A stretch of 64,000 nt of DNA from an uncultured Bacilli bacterium (GTDB lineage: Bacteria; Bacillota_I; Bacilli_A; RF39; UBA660), in NCBI GenBank assembly GCA_934167485.1, contig CAKPKL010000006.1, forward strand, positions 41,466-105,465. The letters run 5' to 3'. Below the pieces are notes generated by a model. The model ran no database searches, had not been told where the DNA came from, and was given only the letters and a program-made list of their open reading frames with translations. Below are positions 1 through 9,392 of the stretch, piece by piece (positions within the stretch are counted from its first letter, which is position 1; each line of letters opens with the position of its first letter). The position numbers were made by a program, and so were the translations under genes.

Positions 1-1129
1 CATTATCATTTAGTTTTTCTTTTAATAGAGATTCACTTAATCCCATTATATTTGATAATGGCGTTCGTATATCATGAGATATTGTTGATATTAAATCTGT
101 TTTTGATTTATCAGCCATCTTAGCTGCATTTAATGCATTTTGTAACATAACATTTTGCTCTCTAATGCTTTCAGCATCTTCAGTTACATTTTTAGTTAAA
201 ATAGATACTATATTTCTTTGATTTTTTGTTAGAAAGAATACTGTACTTTCTAACCAAGTCGAATTTTTTATATCAGATCCAATTCTATATCTAAATGAAA
301 TAGAATTTAGTTCAAACTTTTTAAAATGTTCATCTAAAACCTCTCTAGATATATTAGAATAAACCATATCTCTATCTTTTTCATTTATATAACTTAATAT
401 CTCTTTTAATCCTTCACTATAAAATCCTCTTTTTTCCTCACCAAAATATAGATTATCTTCCTTAAAATATTTTAAATCATAAGAATTACTTGCTAAATTA
501 ATATTTATTTCTACATCATAAGATTTAGCTGTTATTTGATTAAGTTTAAATTCACGATTCTTTATATCAGTAGCTTGTGTTATTAAAAGGTGTTGTCTTT
601 CATGTTCTTTTGTTGCATCTATTACCTCTATTACTATATAATTGTCTTCTTTTTCTACATAATTAAAAATTTTAATTCTAATCCACATATCATGATTATA
701 TTTTGGATTATCATATTGAATCATTTGACCTACATATAAGCCTTTCTTATCCCAATTCTTTAATTCGGAATTTATTATTGGTAAATTCAAAATACTAGAA
801 GCAATTTCATCATCACTCATTTTATCCTTTTCTATACCAAGTACATCATCTACATTATTTGATATATAACTAACTTTCCTAGTTTTAGAATTTAACATTA
901 TATAAACTGTTTCTGAATTTTCTACTAATGAATTAAATAATTTATTTTTATTACCATTACCAATAATTTTTATTAAATTAATTAAAAATATAACAATAAC
1001 TATTAATGATATAAATAATATATAACTAAATACAATATTATTCTTTAATACTCCAGTAAAAATATATACATAACTATAAATTACCATAAGTAATAAAATA
1101 CATATAATAAAACCCTTTTTATTTTTCAT
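1..1129 (-). CDS. Sensor histidine kinase, N-terminal 376 codons only (gene runs off the left window edge)
   Basis: Absent from the ORF track because it is truncated. My own minus-strand translation starts at ATG 1129..1127, with AGGAGGT at 1134..1140: MKNKKGFIICILLLMVIYSYVYIF... It has one N-terminal TM helix and a ~280 aa sensor region. A HisKA H-box STISHDIRTPLSNIMGLSE follows (His codon at 74..76), in frame with the start. Confidence 0.75.
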   Translation of the reverse strand, partial: MKNKKGFIICILLLMVIYSYVYIFTGVLKNNIVFSYILFISLIVIVIFLINLIKIIGNGNKNKLFNSLVENSETVYIMLNSKTRKVSYISNNVDDVLGIEKDKMSDDEIASSILNLPIINSELKNWDKKGLYVGQMIQYDNPKYNHDMWIRIKIFNYVEKEDNYIVIEVIDATKEHERQHLLITQATDIKNREFKLNQITAKSYDVEININLASNSYDLKYFKEDNLYFGEEKRGFYSEGLKEILSYINEKDRDMVYSNISREVLDEHFKKFELNSISFRYRIGSDIKNSTWLESTVFFLTKNQRNIVSILTKNVTEDAESIREQNVMLQNALNAAKMADKSKTDLISTISHDIRTPLSNIMGLSESLLKEKLNDN

Positions 1130-1177
1130 ATTAACCTCCTAGTATTATATAAATATTATAACACAATTTAAGTTTTT

Positions 1178-3442
1178 TTATATATATTTATTTATAATAT
1201 CCATAATTTTATTATATTCATTCATTAACTCTTCAAAATGTTCATTTATATAATCTTTATTATTTTCTTTACTTTTCATTTCATGTTCATATGATAATTC
1301 TGCTAATTTCTTAAATCCTAAATACTTACTATCACTCTTTAGTGCATGTACATCTATCGCATATTCACTCATATTTCCACTCTCTTTATTTTCTTTTAAT
1401 CGTTGTATTCTTTTCTTATTCTCTTCTATAAATGTTTCTAATGTTTCATTATACATATCTATATCTCCTAGTAATTCTAAACTAGAATCTACATCTATAT
1501 CATTTTCTTTTAAATAATCTATATTATTTTTTTTATCATTACTATTTAATGTTGGATCTCCAAATCTTCTATTTAATTCAGCTATCTCTTCATCTGTTAT
1601 TGGTATTACTTTATGTATATCTTCTTCTTTTTCTTTTGTAAATATTTTATTTAAAGCTCTATTTAATTCTGTATTTTCTATCGGTTTACTTAAATAATCA
1701 TTAAACCCTACCTCTATATACTTATCTCCAACTCCACTCATCGCATCGGCTGTAAGAGCTACTACTGGTATATTAAACCCTTCTATTTCTTTTAATTTCT
1801 TTAATGTATCTTTACCACTCATCTTTGGCATCATTATATCCATAAATATTATATCGTATTTATTCCCACTTTTTATCTTTTCTATACAATCAAATCCACT
1901 ACTGGATGTCTCTACCTCTAATAGTTTTTCTTTTAATAACTTTGATGCCACTTTTAAATTTAATAAATTATCATCTACTACTAATACTTTCTTATTTGGA
2001 AACTCTATTTCTTGTTGTTCTTCTTTTACCTCTAATATGCTTCCATCTACTATTTTTTGACTTAAAAATATTGTAAATTTACTTCCCTTTCCATATGTTG
2101 AATCTACTACTACTTTTCCATTCATCATCTCTACTAAATTCTTTGTTATTGCAAGTCCTAAACCTGTTCCTTCTAATGTTGTATTTTTATCTTCATCTAA
2201 TCTATTAAATTTAGTAAACAGTTTATCCATTTTTTCTTTCTTTATTCCTCTTCCTGTATCTTTAACTGATATTACTAATTTACATATTCCTTTTTCATTT
2301 ACACAACTTATTTTAAAATCTATATATCCTTCCTCTGTATATTTAACTGCATTAGTAAGTAAATTTAATATTACTTGTTGTACTTTTCCCTTATCTCCAT
2401 ATAATACATTTGGTATATCTTTTGCAAAATCACATCTTAATTCTATATTTTTTTCTCCTATTTTAACTTTAGTCATATTAATAAGATTCTTTAATACTTC
2501 ATTTATATTATAATTACCTTCTACTAATTCCATTTTATTAGCTTCTATTTTACTTATATCTAATATTCCATTTACTATATCAAGTAATGTATCTGAAGCT
2601 GTTACTATATCACTAGCATTTTCTTTTGCTTCTTCTAATGTCTTAGATGTTCCTATACATTGACTAAATCCTTTTATTGCATTTAATGGTGTCCTTATTT
2701 CATGTGACATACTACTTAAGAAATCACTTTTGGCATTATTTGCCTTCTCTGCTGTATTTTTTGCCAACTCTAATTCTTGAATCATTTTTACATCTGGATT
2801 CTCTATTGTATGATACATTAATGCAGTAACTATAGAATGACAAGTTAATAAAAGTGTTATTTTGGGATTTGAATTTTGAACAAACATAACAATTAACGAT
2901 AAAACAATAAAAACCATTAATGGTATATATTCTTTCGAGTTAAGCTTTTTTATATTTTTTAACAAGCAAAATATCATTATTAACACCATTATAAAACTCA
3001 AAAAATAAATAAAATTAACACTTAACCCAGTGGAATAACAAAAATTATCTTTATATACTATATTTGTTGGTAAAATTAATATTAATATAAACACTACAAA
3101 ATTTGTAAATAAAACTATATAAAATATTTTATCAGTTTTAATAATTTTTTCTGAAAAGCTTCGAAACGATATGATAAAAATATATAATAAAAATAAAAAG
3201 GCCCACGAAAAATAATATAATAAATAAACTTTTGATATAAGCAAACTTGTATAAGAACTAATACCTAAAAATTTAAAATAAAAATAGCCAAATATATCCA
3301 CTATAATTCCCAACAAATTGATTATTAATATATTTGAATATATTTTTGTATCCAAAGTTTTTACTCTTTCTTTAAAAAAGAATGCAAAACAAAACATTAA
3401 TATATAGATTAAATTACAAAACGAAAAAATTAACATATTCAT
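1178..3442 (-). CDS. Hybrid sensor histidine kinase (polytopic membrane N-terminus, HisKA, HATPase_c, receiver, C-terminal HPt-like domain)
   Basis: 754 aa with ~6-7 hydrophobic helices in the first ~210 aa. H-box MSHEIRTPLNAI. ATP-lid motifs DTGRGI and GTGLGLAI. Receiver domain VLVVDDN...IFMDIMMPKMSG...ALTA. HPt-like HALKSDSKYLG near the C-terminus. ATG preceded by AGTAGGTG. Confidence 0.9.
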   Translation of the reverse strand: MNMLIFSFCNLIYILMFCFAFFFKERVKTLDTKIYSNILIINLLGIIVDIFGYFYFKFLGISSYTSLLISKVYLLYYFSWAFLFLLYIFIISFRSFSEKIIKTDKIFYIVLFTNFVVFILILILPTNIVYKDNFCYSTGLSVNFIYFLSFIMVLIMIFCLLKNIKKLNSKEYIPLMVFIVLSLIVMFVQNSNPKITLLLTCHSIVTALMYHTIENPDVKMIQELELAKNTAEKANNAKSDFLSSMSHEIRTPLNAIKGFSQCIGTSKTLEEAKENASDIVTASDTLLDIVNGILDISKIEANKMELVEGNYNINEVLKNLINMTKVKIGEKNIELRCDFAKDIPNVLYGDKGKVQQVILNLLTNAVKYTEEGYIDFKISCVNEKGICKLVISVKDTGRGIKKEKMDKLFTKFNRLDEDKNTTLEGTGLGLAITKNLVEMMNGKVVVDSTYGKGSKFTIFLSQKIVDGSILEVKEEQQEIEFPNKKVLVVDDNLLNLKVASKLLKEKLLEVETSSSGFDCIEKIKSGNKYDIIFMDIMMPKMSGKDTLKKLKEIEGFNIPVVALTADAMSGVGDKYIEVGFNDYLSKPIENTELNRALNKIFTKEKEEDIHKVIPITDEEIAELNRRFGDPTLNSNDKKNNIDYLKENDIDVDSSLELLGDIDMYNETLETFIEENKKRIQRLKENKESGNMSEYAIDVHALKSDSKYLGFKKLAELSYEHEMKSKENNKDYINEHFEELMNEYNKIMDIINKYI

Positions 3443-3508
3443 ATATAGTACACCTACTTTCGATACAATTATATAATAATATTTAAAAAAATAAAAGAGT
3501 TTTTACTT

Positions 3509-5350
3509 TTATTTTTTTAATTTCAATACTTTTTGTTTTTCAAATGTATTACCATAACTTTTTCTTAATTTATCTAATTCAACCTTACCACCAAGATTTA
3601 ATGGAAGCTCATCCATAACTACAATATCTTTTGGAATTGATGGATCATCTAAATTATTTTTGCACAAACTTATTATATTGTTTTTTATTAAATTAATATC
3701 ATTTTCATTTTTATATTTATCACATAAAGATATAAAAGCTACTGGAACCATTTGTTCATCAGGATGTTCAATTCCTATTACAGCACAATTTTTAATAAAT
3801 GGTAAACTTTCAATATATTCAGCAATTTTATTTGGATGAATATTAAATCCATTACGCATAAAAATTCCACTTATTCTTTCCTGATGAAAAAATTGTCCGT
3901 CTTCATCTATAATCCCTATATCTCCCATATGTAGCCAAACTTTTCCATCAGAATGGACTTTTAAGGTTTTATTGGTTTCTTCTAAATTGTTTAAATATTT
4001 CTTCATTACTGTTGGTGCACAAATACATAATTCACCAGGTGTATTATATGGTAATTCTTTGTCTGTTCCAGGTTCAAAAACTCCTATGTTTTCAAGTGGT
4101 AATGGTACTCCAACTCCACCAAATTTATAACTTCCTGGTACAGCATATAACCCACCACCCGTATTTTCAGTTGATCCTAATCCTTGTCTTACGAATAATT
4201 TACTAGGTGTACCATTTTCAAAATAATTCTCTGATACATTATTTAACTTTTTTTCAATATCTTTATTTAAAGTTGCTCCTCCAGATACATAATTCTTTAT
4301 TATTGAAATTTCACCTTTTTTATATTCATCACTCCTTAAAACATTCAAGCAATGAACTGGTCCACCCAAAAAGTGATCCGGTTTCACTTTTTTTAAAAGC
4401 ATACCTATTTTATCTGTTACTAATTCAGGAATTAGAATTGAATTTAAACCACCACAAGTAGTATAATGCATAGCTGCTAATCCATAAGCTATTGATTGTA
4501 AAAGCACATCTAAAAATTTATCTTCTGGTTGAAACAATCCAGTTGATATGTGTTGTATAGCTGAAGAATTTAAATTGTAGTCGGTTAAACATACACCTTT
4601 AGGTACACCAGTAGTTCCACTAGTACCAACGATTGCTGCAATATGATTTTCATTATAATATGGTTTAAGATCTACTTTTAATTTTTCTCCTTCTTTCATA
4701 AATTCTTTATACGAAACAATGCTATCACTATTTATTTTTTTTAAATCAATATCTGATTTGCAAAATAATTCTCTAAAATTACATAAACCTTGAACAATTG
4801 GGGACAAAGACTCATAACCATTTACATATATTATGTTATCAAATTTATTATTATTAATAATATTTTTATATTTATTATAAAAACCCGAGAATAAAATAAT
4901 ATTTTTTATTTCATTTTCTTTTATTATTCTTTCTAATTTCTCAGGTGCTAACATAGGAGTTAAGGCATAAGGAGTTGCTCCTATAAAATTTAATCCATAA
5001 ATAGAAATTCTACTTTCAGGTATGTTTGGCAAAATCATTGGTACTATCTCATCAATTTTTATTCCTAATAAATATGATGCTTTTGCAAATTGTTTTATTT
5101 TCTCGAAATAATCTTTGTAAGATATTTTATGCCCTTTTTTAAAATTATTAAAACTATTTCTTAACTCAATTGCTGTACTATTTAACCTATTCTTATTAAA
5201 CATTTCCGCCATTTGATACATTGACATTTTAGGAATTTCAATTGAATCAACATCAAAATTATAATATTTAAGCCATGGTTTATCTATTGATGCATATCCT
5301 GTCATCTTTTTACTTTCTTCTTTATCTAATTTATAGTGTTTATCTTCCAT
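3509..5350 (-). CDS. AMP-dependent synthetase/ligase (ANL superfamily, acyl-CoA synthetase-like)
   Basis: 613 aa. AMP-binding signature IVGTSGTTGVPKG. ANL-type C-terminal subdomain ending GGKVELDKL. ATG preceded by AGAGGGGGA. Confidence 0.85.
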   Translation of the reverse strand: MEDKHYKLDKEESKKMTGYASIDKPWLKYYNFDVDSIEIPKMSMYQMAEMFNKNRLNSTAIELRNSFNNFKKGHKISYKDYFEKIKQFAKASYLLGIKIDEIVPMILPNIPESRISIYGLNFIGATPYALTPMLAPEKLERIIKENEIKNIILFSGFYNKYKNIINNNKFDNIIYVNGYESLSPIVQGLCNFRELFCKSDIDLKKINSDSIVSYKEFMKEGEKLKVDLKPYYNENHIAAIVGTSGTTGVPKGVCLTDYNLNSSAIQHISTGLFQPEDKFLDVLLQSIAYGLAAMHYTTCGGLNSILIPELVTDKIGMLLKKVKPDHFLGGPVHCLNVLRSDEYKKGEISIIKNYVSGGATLNKDIEKKLNNVSENYFENGTPSKLFVRQGLGSTENTGGGLYAVPGSYKFGGVGVPLPLENIGVFEPGTDKELPYNTPGELCICAPTVMKKYLNNLEETNKTLKVHSDGKVWLHMGDIGIIDEDGQFFHQERISGIFMRNGFNIHPNKIAEYIESLPFIKNCAVIGIEHPDEQMVPVAFISLCDKYKNENDINLIKNNIISLCKNNLDDPSIPKDIVVMDELPLNLGGKVELDKLRKSYGNTFEKQKVLKLKK

Positions 5351-5384
5351 AATTTTCCCCCTCTTGGATATAAATACTACTTAA

Positions 5385-5413
5385 ATTATACATACTTAAA
5401 TAAATTAAGTCAA
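5385..5413 (-). promoter_or_regulatory. Sigma-A type promoter for the AMP-ligase gene
   Basis: On the minus strand: TTGACT (5413..5408), 17 nt spacer, TATAAT (5390..5385), ~35 nt upstream of the ATG. Confidence 0.45.
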
Positions 5414-5489
5414 TAAATTTAATAGTTTAACTATTATACATCATAATTTTTATAAGTAAACGAAATTGCACGAATTGTCTGTTTTTGCG

Positions 5490-5518
5490 TATAAAAAAAG
5501 ACAAGTAAACTTATCTTT
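5490..5518 (-). terminator. Rho-independent terminator of the first SASP gene
   Basis: Minus-strand RNA hairpin AAAGAUAAGU-UUAC-UUGUCUUU (one G-U pair) followed by a U run. It overlaps the stop codon. Confidence 0.55.
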
Positions 5519-5708
5519 TATAATTCATAGTATCTCTATAATATTGTTTTCCTAATTCTACAAGTCTTTTAGTCATAAGACCACCTACAGTACCATTTAA
5601 TCTACTTGTTGTATCAGCACCTAGTGTTATTCCAAGTTCACGTGATATCTCGTATTTTAAATTTTCTATAGCGTCTTTAGAACCTTTAACAACTAACTTA
5701 TTATTCAT
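5511..5708 (-). CDS. Alpha/beta-type small acid-soluble spore protein
   Basis: 65 aa. Family hallmarks KYEISRELGI and TSRLNGTVGGLMTKRLVELG. GAGGTGA RBS. Confidence 0.93.
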   Translation of the reverse strand: MNNKLVVKGSKDAIENLKYEISRELGITLGADTTSRLNGTVGGLMTKRLVELGKQYYRDTMNYKR

Positions 5709-5941
5709 AATTTCACCTCATTAATATTATCTGTACTAATATATTTTTAACACTTGAATATTTTTTCCAGTCAAATATTTTCTTACTAGTAATTTCTACT
5801 ACTAATAAATTTTTATTTAATACAAAGAATAATAAAGGGAAATGATTTAGATGTTAAAAGCTCTTCATTTTCTTCTTTAGTAATTTTTTCCCAAAAAGTA
5901 TCCATCTATTTTAAAAAGTTCTATGTATTAGAGCTTTTTAA

Positions 5942-5968
5942 ATAAAAAGATAGCAAATAATCGCTATC
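5942..5968 (-). terminator. Rho-independent terminator of the second SASP gene
   Basis: Hairpin GATAGC-loop-GCTATC followed by a T run on the minus strand, 8 nt after the stop codon. Confidence 0.55.
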
Positions 5969-5975
5969 CATTTTC

Positions 5976-6185
5976 TTATTTAGCTTGGTAGTTAGTTCCA
6001 CCTAAATGTTGTTCACCCATTTGAACTAATCTCTTAGTGATTTCTCCTCCAACTGAACCATTAGCTCTTGAAGTAGCATCAGGACCCATATTAACTCCTA
6101 ATTCACTAGCTATTTCATATTTCATTTTTTCGATTGCTTGTTTAGCTCCAGGTACAACAAATTTACTATTTAATTTGTTATTCAT
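5976..6185 (-). CDS. Alpha/beta-type small acid-soluble spore protein
   Basis: 69 aa. [10 protein letters not shown] and [32 protein letters not shown]. Confidence 0.93.
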   Translation of the reverse strand: MNNKLNSKFVVPGAKQAIEKMKYEIASELGVNMGPDATSRANGSVGGEITKRLVQMGEQHLGGTNYQAK

Positions 6186-6207
6186 AATTTCACCTCCTGT
6201 ACATTTT

Positions 6208-6236
6208 TAATTTGTGTACAAAGATGAAATTTATAC
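6208..6236 (-). promoter_or_regulatory. Possible forespore (sigma-G/F type) promoter of the SASP gene
   Basis: Minus strand GTATA (6236..6232), 17 nt spacer, CAAATTA (6214..6208). This is only a loose match to GHATR-N17/18-CATNNTA, and the leader would be short. Confidence 0.3.
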
Positions 6237-6261
6237 TAAAAATTTTTGGTAATTTTTTCCG

Positions 6262-7434
6262 TTATAACAAATCATTATAATTATCATTTTTTAAATTAGT
6301 TATAACTTCCACAGAATCAATACATTCATCAATAAGTTTCTCATAATCAAAACTCATTTCATACAATAAACATTTATTGATATCAGGATTGATTACTGGA
6401 TGAGTTGGTAAAAATATAGTACAACAATCTTCATAAGGTAATATACTTGTTTCATAAGTATTAATTTTACATGCTATATCTATTATTTCTAACTTATCCA
6501 TACAAGCTACAGGTCTAATAACAGGAAAATTGGTTACACTATTAATAACACTCATACTAGTTAGAGTCTGGCTTGCTACTTGTCCAATAGATTCTCCATT
6601 AATTATAACTTTACAATTATTTTTTATAGCTAATTTATAAGCTATTCTATACATCATTCTTCTCATTATAGTAATAACATAAGAATCAGGAACATTTTTA
6701 TATATAGCTTCTTGAAGACGAGTAAAAGGAATTACATTTACTTTTATATTACCAGAATACTCATTAATAATACTAGCAAGTTTAATAACTTTGTTTTTAG
6801 CTTCTATACTAGTATGAGGTGGTGATTCAAAATACAAACATTCTAAATCTACTCCTCTTTTTAAAGCTAAATAGCCTGCCACAGGGGAATCTATACCACC
6901 TGATAACATTAACATACCTTTACCTTGAATACCAACAGGATATCCACCAATACCTTTTATTTCATTAGTATAAATAAAAGTTCCTTCAGGTCTTATCTCT
7001 ATAGTCACCATAATATCAGGAGAATGAACATCTACTTTGCAATCAATATTTCTAAGTACATGACCTCCTATTATATTATTAAAATCCATACTATGTATTT
7101 CAAATGATTTATCTGCCCTTTTAGTATTAATTTTAAAAGTATTAAAATTTTCTTTCTTCAAAAGTTCAAGTACTTTATCTTTTATATCATCAACATTAGT
7201 ATTTACTTTATGACATATAACTATTCCATGTATACCAAAAACATTTTTTAATTTTTGAACTATACTAGGTGCATCATTACACTCAATATACATTCTAACT
7301 CTATCATATTTAATATTAAATTCATTACCTTTTAATATATTTTTTATATTATTGGCAAGCAATTTAATAAAAGCATTTCTATTTGCTTTTTTTGTTGTAA
7401 GTTCTCCATATTTAATTAAAATTAAGTTCTCCAT
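6262..7434 (-). CDS. thiI: tRNA 4-thiouridine(8) synthase ThiI
   Basis: 390 aa. N-terminal ferredoxin-like/THUMP region (LIKYGELTTKKANR). PP-loop SGGIDSPVAGYL. An extended -10 TGATATAAT lies upstream. Confidence 0.9.
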   Translation of the reverse strand: MENLILIKYGELTTKKANRNAFIKLLANNIKNILKGNEFNIKYDRVRMYIECNDAPSIVQKLKNVFGIHGIVICHKVNTNVDDIKDKVLELLKKENFNTFKINTKRADKSFEIHSMDFNNIIGGHVLRNIDCKVDVHSPDIMVTIEIRPEGTFIYTNEIKGIGGYPVGIQGKGMLMLSGGIDSPVAGYLALKRGVDLECLYFESPPHTSIEAKNKVIKLASIINEYSGNIKVNVIPFTRLQEAIYKNVPDSYVITIMRRMMYRIAYKLAIKNNCKVIINGESIGQVASQTLTSMSVINSVTNFPVIRPVACMDKLEIIDIACKINTYETSILPYEDCCTIFLPTHPVINPDINKCLLYEMSFDYEKLIDECIDSVEVITNLKNDNYNDLL

Positions 7435-7556
7435 AAAACCACCTAAATCATTATATCAAAAAAATAAAAAAAAAGATATAATGTATTATTTATAAAAACA
7501 CATTATATTACTATTTAACTAAATTATATAATTGGCAAACAATTTAATATTCTAAA

Positions 7557-8683
7557 TTAATCTAATTTAGATTTTAAAATTTCTATTACTGGACGAACAC
7601 CATATTGGAATGAGTATTTAATTTGATAGGGTTCTAAATCATAATAAATAGGCACTCCGCCTTTATAATCAACACCCCATGCATAACTAGAATAAGGACT
7701 TGCTGAAGAAGTCCAATAACCGTTTCCCTTCATACTTAAATCTGCATTATTTGAGCAACCATATTTTTTACAATCTATATCTGTTCTATCATACAGCCTT
7801 CCATATTTACATCCACTTGTATTTCCTCTTTCACAAGTCTCACTATAATTTGAAGTTTTTGTATCAAAAAAATATCCAAACTCTAAAATTGATTAATTCC
7901 AAGATGTATTTTTTGTTATTTGATCTATATCTTGTATTGTAATTAATCGAGCATTATATCCTCCATCTTTATAATTTATTATATATTTTGCTTTTCCAGT
8001 TTGAACATCTTGATCAACATTATATGTAGTTGGACTTTCAACACCTTGCTATGCTGCCGTATCTGATTTTAATTGTTCTAATACATTGTCAGGTCCATTT
8101 ACATTACTTGGCATTCCATTTTCGTCATAATAATTATCATTCCATTGTACTAATGCTGTGGTATTATGATCTAATAAAAGATTTACTGTATCTCCATCAT
8201 CATCATTAAATGCATAAAATTTCATACATCCACTATTTACTCCTATATTACTTTGTGTTTCTATATAATTATCGCATTTTTTCCATTTGTTACATCAAAA
8301 TATACTACCTAACCATTTGAATAATGACATACAGTATCTTGATACTTATAATTATATTGATTCGCACTATACGTTATAATAACAGATCCATCCATTGTCT
8401 CTTTTGTTTTTGGATTTATAACTTCTTTTGTTTCTAAATATCCTTTTGATAATAATTTAGATAAATTAACACAACTTTCTTTTGAATCAAAATTAGCATT
8501 CATTCCTTCTTTTAAATAGTAATCTCTAGCTGCTTCTTCTATAGTTAATTTTTGTCTTTCTAAAAGGGTATTTTTTGTATTTTTTATAATTTTATTTGTA
8601 ACTATTACTGTAATTGTAGCTATGATTGCAATTACTGTTATTACTGCTAGTAATTCTATTAAGGTAAAACCTTTATTTCTCAT
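7557..8683 (-). pseudogene. Decayed paralog of the modular pilin gene at 39277..40395 (prepilin leader + pilin module + divergent C-terminal lectin-like module)
   Basis: The first 124 codons are ~96% identical to 39277..40395. Four lesions follow: CAG->TAG at 8309..8311, a 1-nt loss in an A6/T6 tract at 8277..8282, then in the shifted frame TAG at 8049..8051 (aligned with a Trp) and TAA at 7893..7895. The frame then runs to ...YWTSSASPYSSYAWGVDY...YGVRPVIEILKSKLD, with the stop at 7557..7559. Confidence 0.85.
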
Positions 8684-8693
8684 ACTTTTCCCT

Positions 8694-9392
8694 CTATTTT
8701 TTTGTATTATTATTTATTATTGTTTGTGTTGTATCTGTAGTTATAAATTTATCCTCTCTTGTATTTATTACTAAACTTCCATCTACTAAATAGTAATCAG
8801 CATCATTTTTCTTATGTATCATTTTATTTCTTAATATTAATATTACAAGTATTACTGTAGGTATTATAAATGAGGTTAATATAATTTTAATCCAATCAAC
8901 TGATATTTTAGTATCATACTTTGAATAATCAACACCTTCTTTTGCAAATTTATCTGCATTTGTTATAAATGTATTAAATATGTTATATGAACTTGATTTT
9001 AAATCTATTTTGGAATTAATTTTATTTATTCTATTACTATCATATATTTTAACAGCTTTACCAGTTACTAAAATATATGATTCACCTTTGCTTAAGTCAA
9101 GAACAAATATTATTCCATCTTTATTTAATCCTGTACCAAAATTATTTGTTTGATAAAAAGCTTTTGTATATTCTTCTATATTTGATTTACTATGATAACG
9201 AACTGCAACTAATACCATATCCATTTGATAAGTATTTATATATTTATCAATTTTTGTTTTTAAAGCTGTCTCTTCTTTATCTGTAAGTACTTGTGCATAA
9301 TCATACATTTTTAATGAATTATCAAAAGCATTAGCACTACCAATACCTATAAACATTAAACATAAAATTATAATTATTCTTAATTTTTTCAT
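8694..9392 (-). CDS. TPM-domain protein (secreted domain with C-terminal membrane anchor)
   Basis: 232 aa. Signal peptide MKKLRIIIILCLMFIGIGSANA. TPM-type opening YDYAQVLTDKEETAL. TM helix near the C-terminus. The ATG overlaps the upstream stop (TAATG). Confidence 0.75.
   Translation of the reverse strand: MKKLRIIIILCLMFIGIGSANAFDNSLKMYDYAQVLTDKEETALKTKIDKYINTYQMDMVLVAVRYHSKSNIEEYTKAFYQTNNFGTGLNKDGIIFVLDLSKGESYILVTGKAVKIYDSNRINKINSKIDLKSSSYNIFNTFITNADKFAKEGVDYSKYDTKISVDWIKIILTSFIIPTVILVILILRNKMIHKKNDADYYLVDGSLVINTREDKFITTDTTQTIINNNTKK

Noticed and set aside
4012-4461. Plus-strand ORFs 4012..4206 and 4207..4461 inside the AMP-ligase gene
   Set aside because: They are antisense shadow ORFs of a well-supported minus-strand CDS. 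They have low-complexity L/I/F/H/Y-rich translations, non-ATG or RBS-less starts, and arise easily in AT-rich DNA.
7557-8683. In-frame TAG codons (here and in the DinD-like fragment at 24637..24639) as programmed recoding, for example pyrrolysine or a reassigned stop
   Set aside because: TAG also serves as an ordinary stop of intact genes here (for example 60118..60120 and 35043..35045). The same pseudogene also carries a TAA and a frameshift. No pyl genes are present. G-to-A decay in an AT-rich genome is sufficient explanation.
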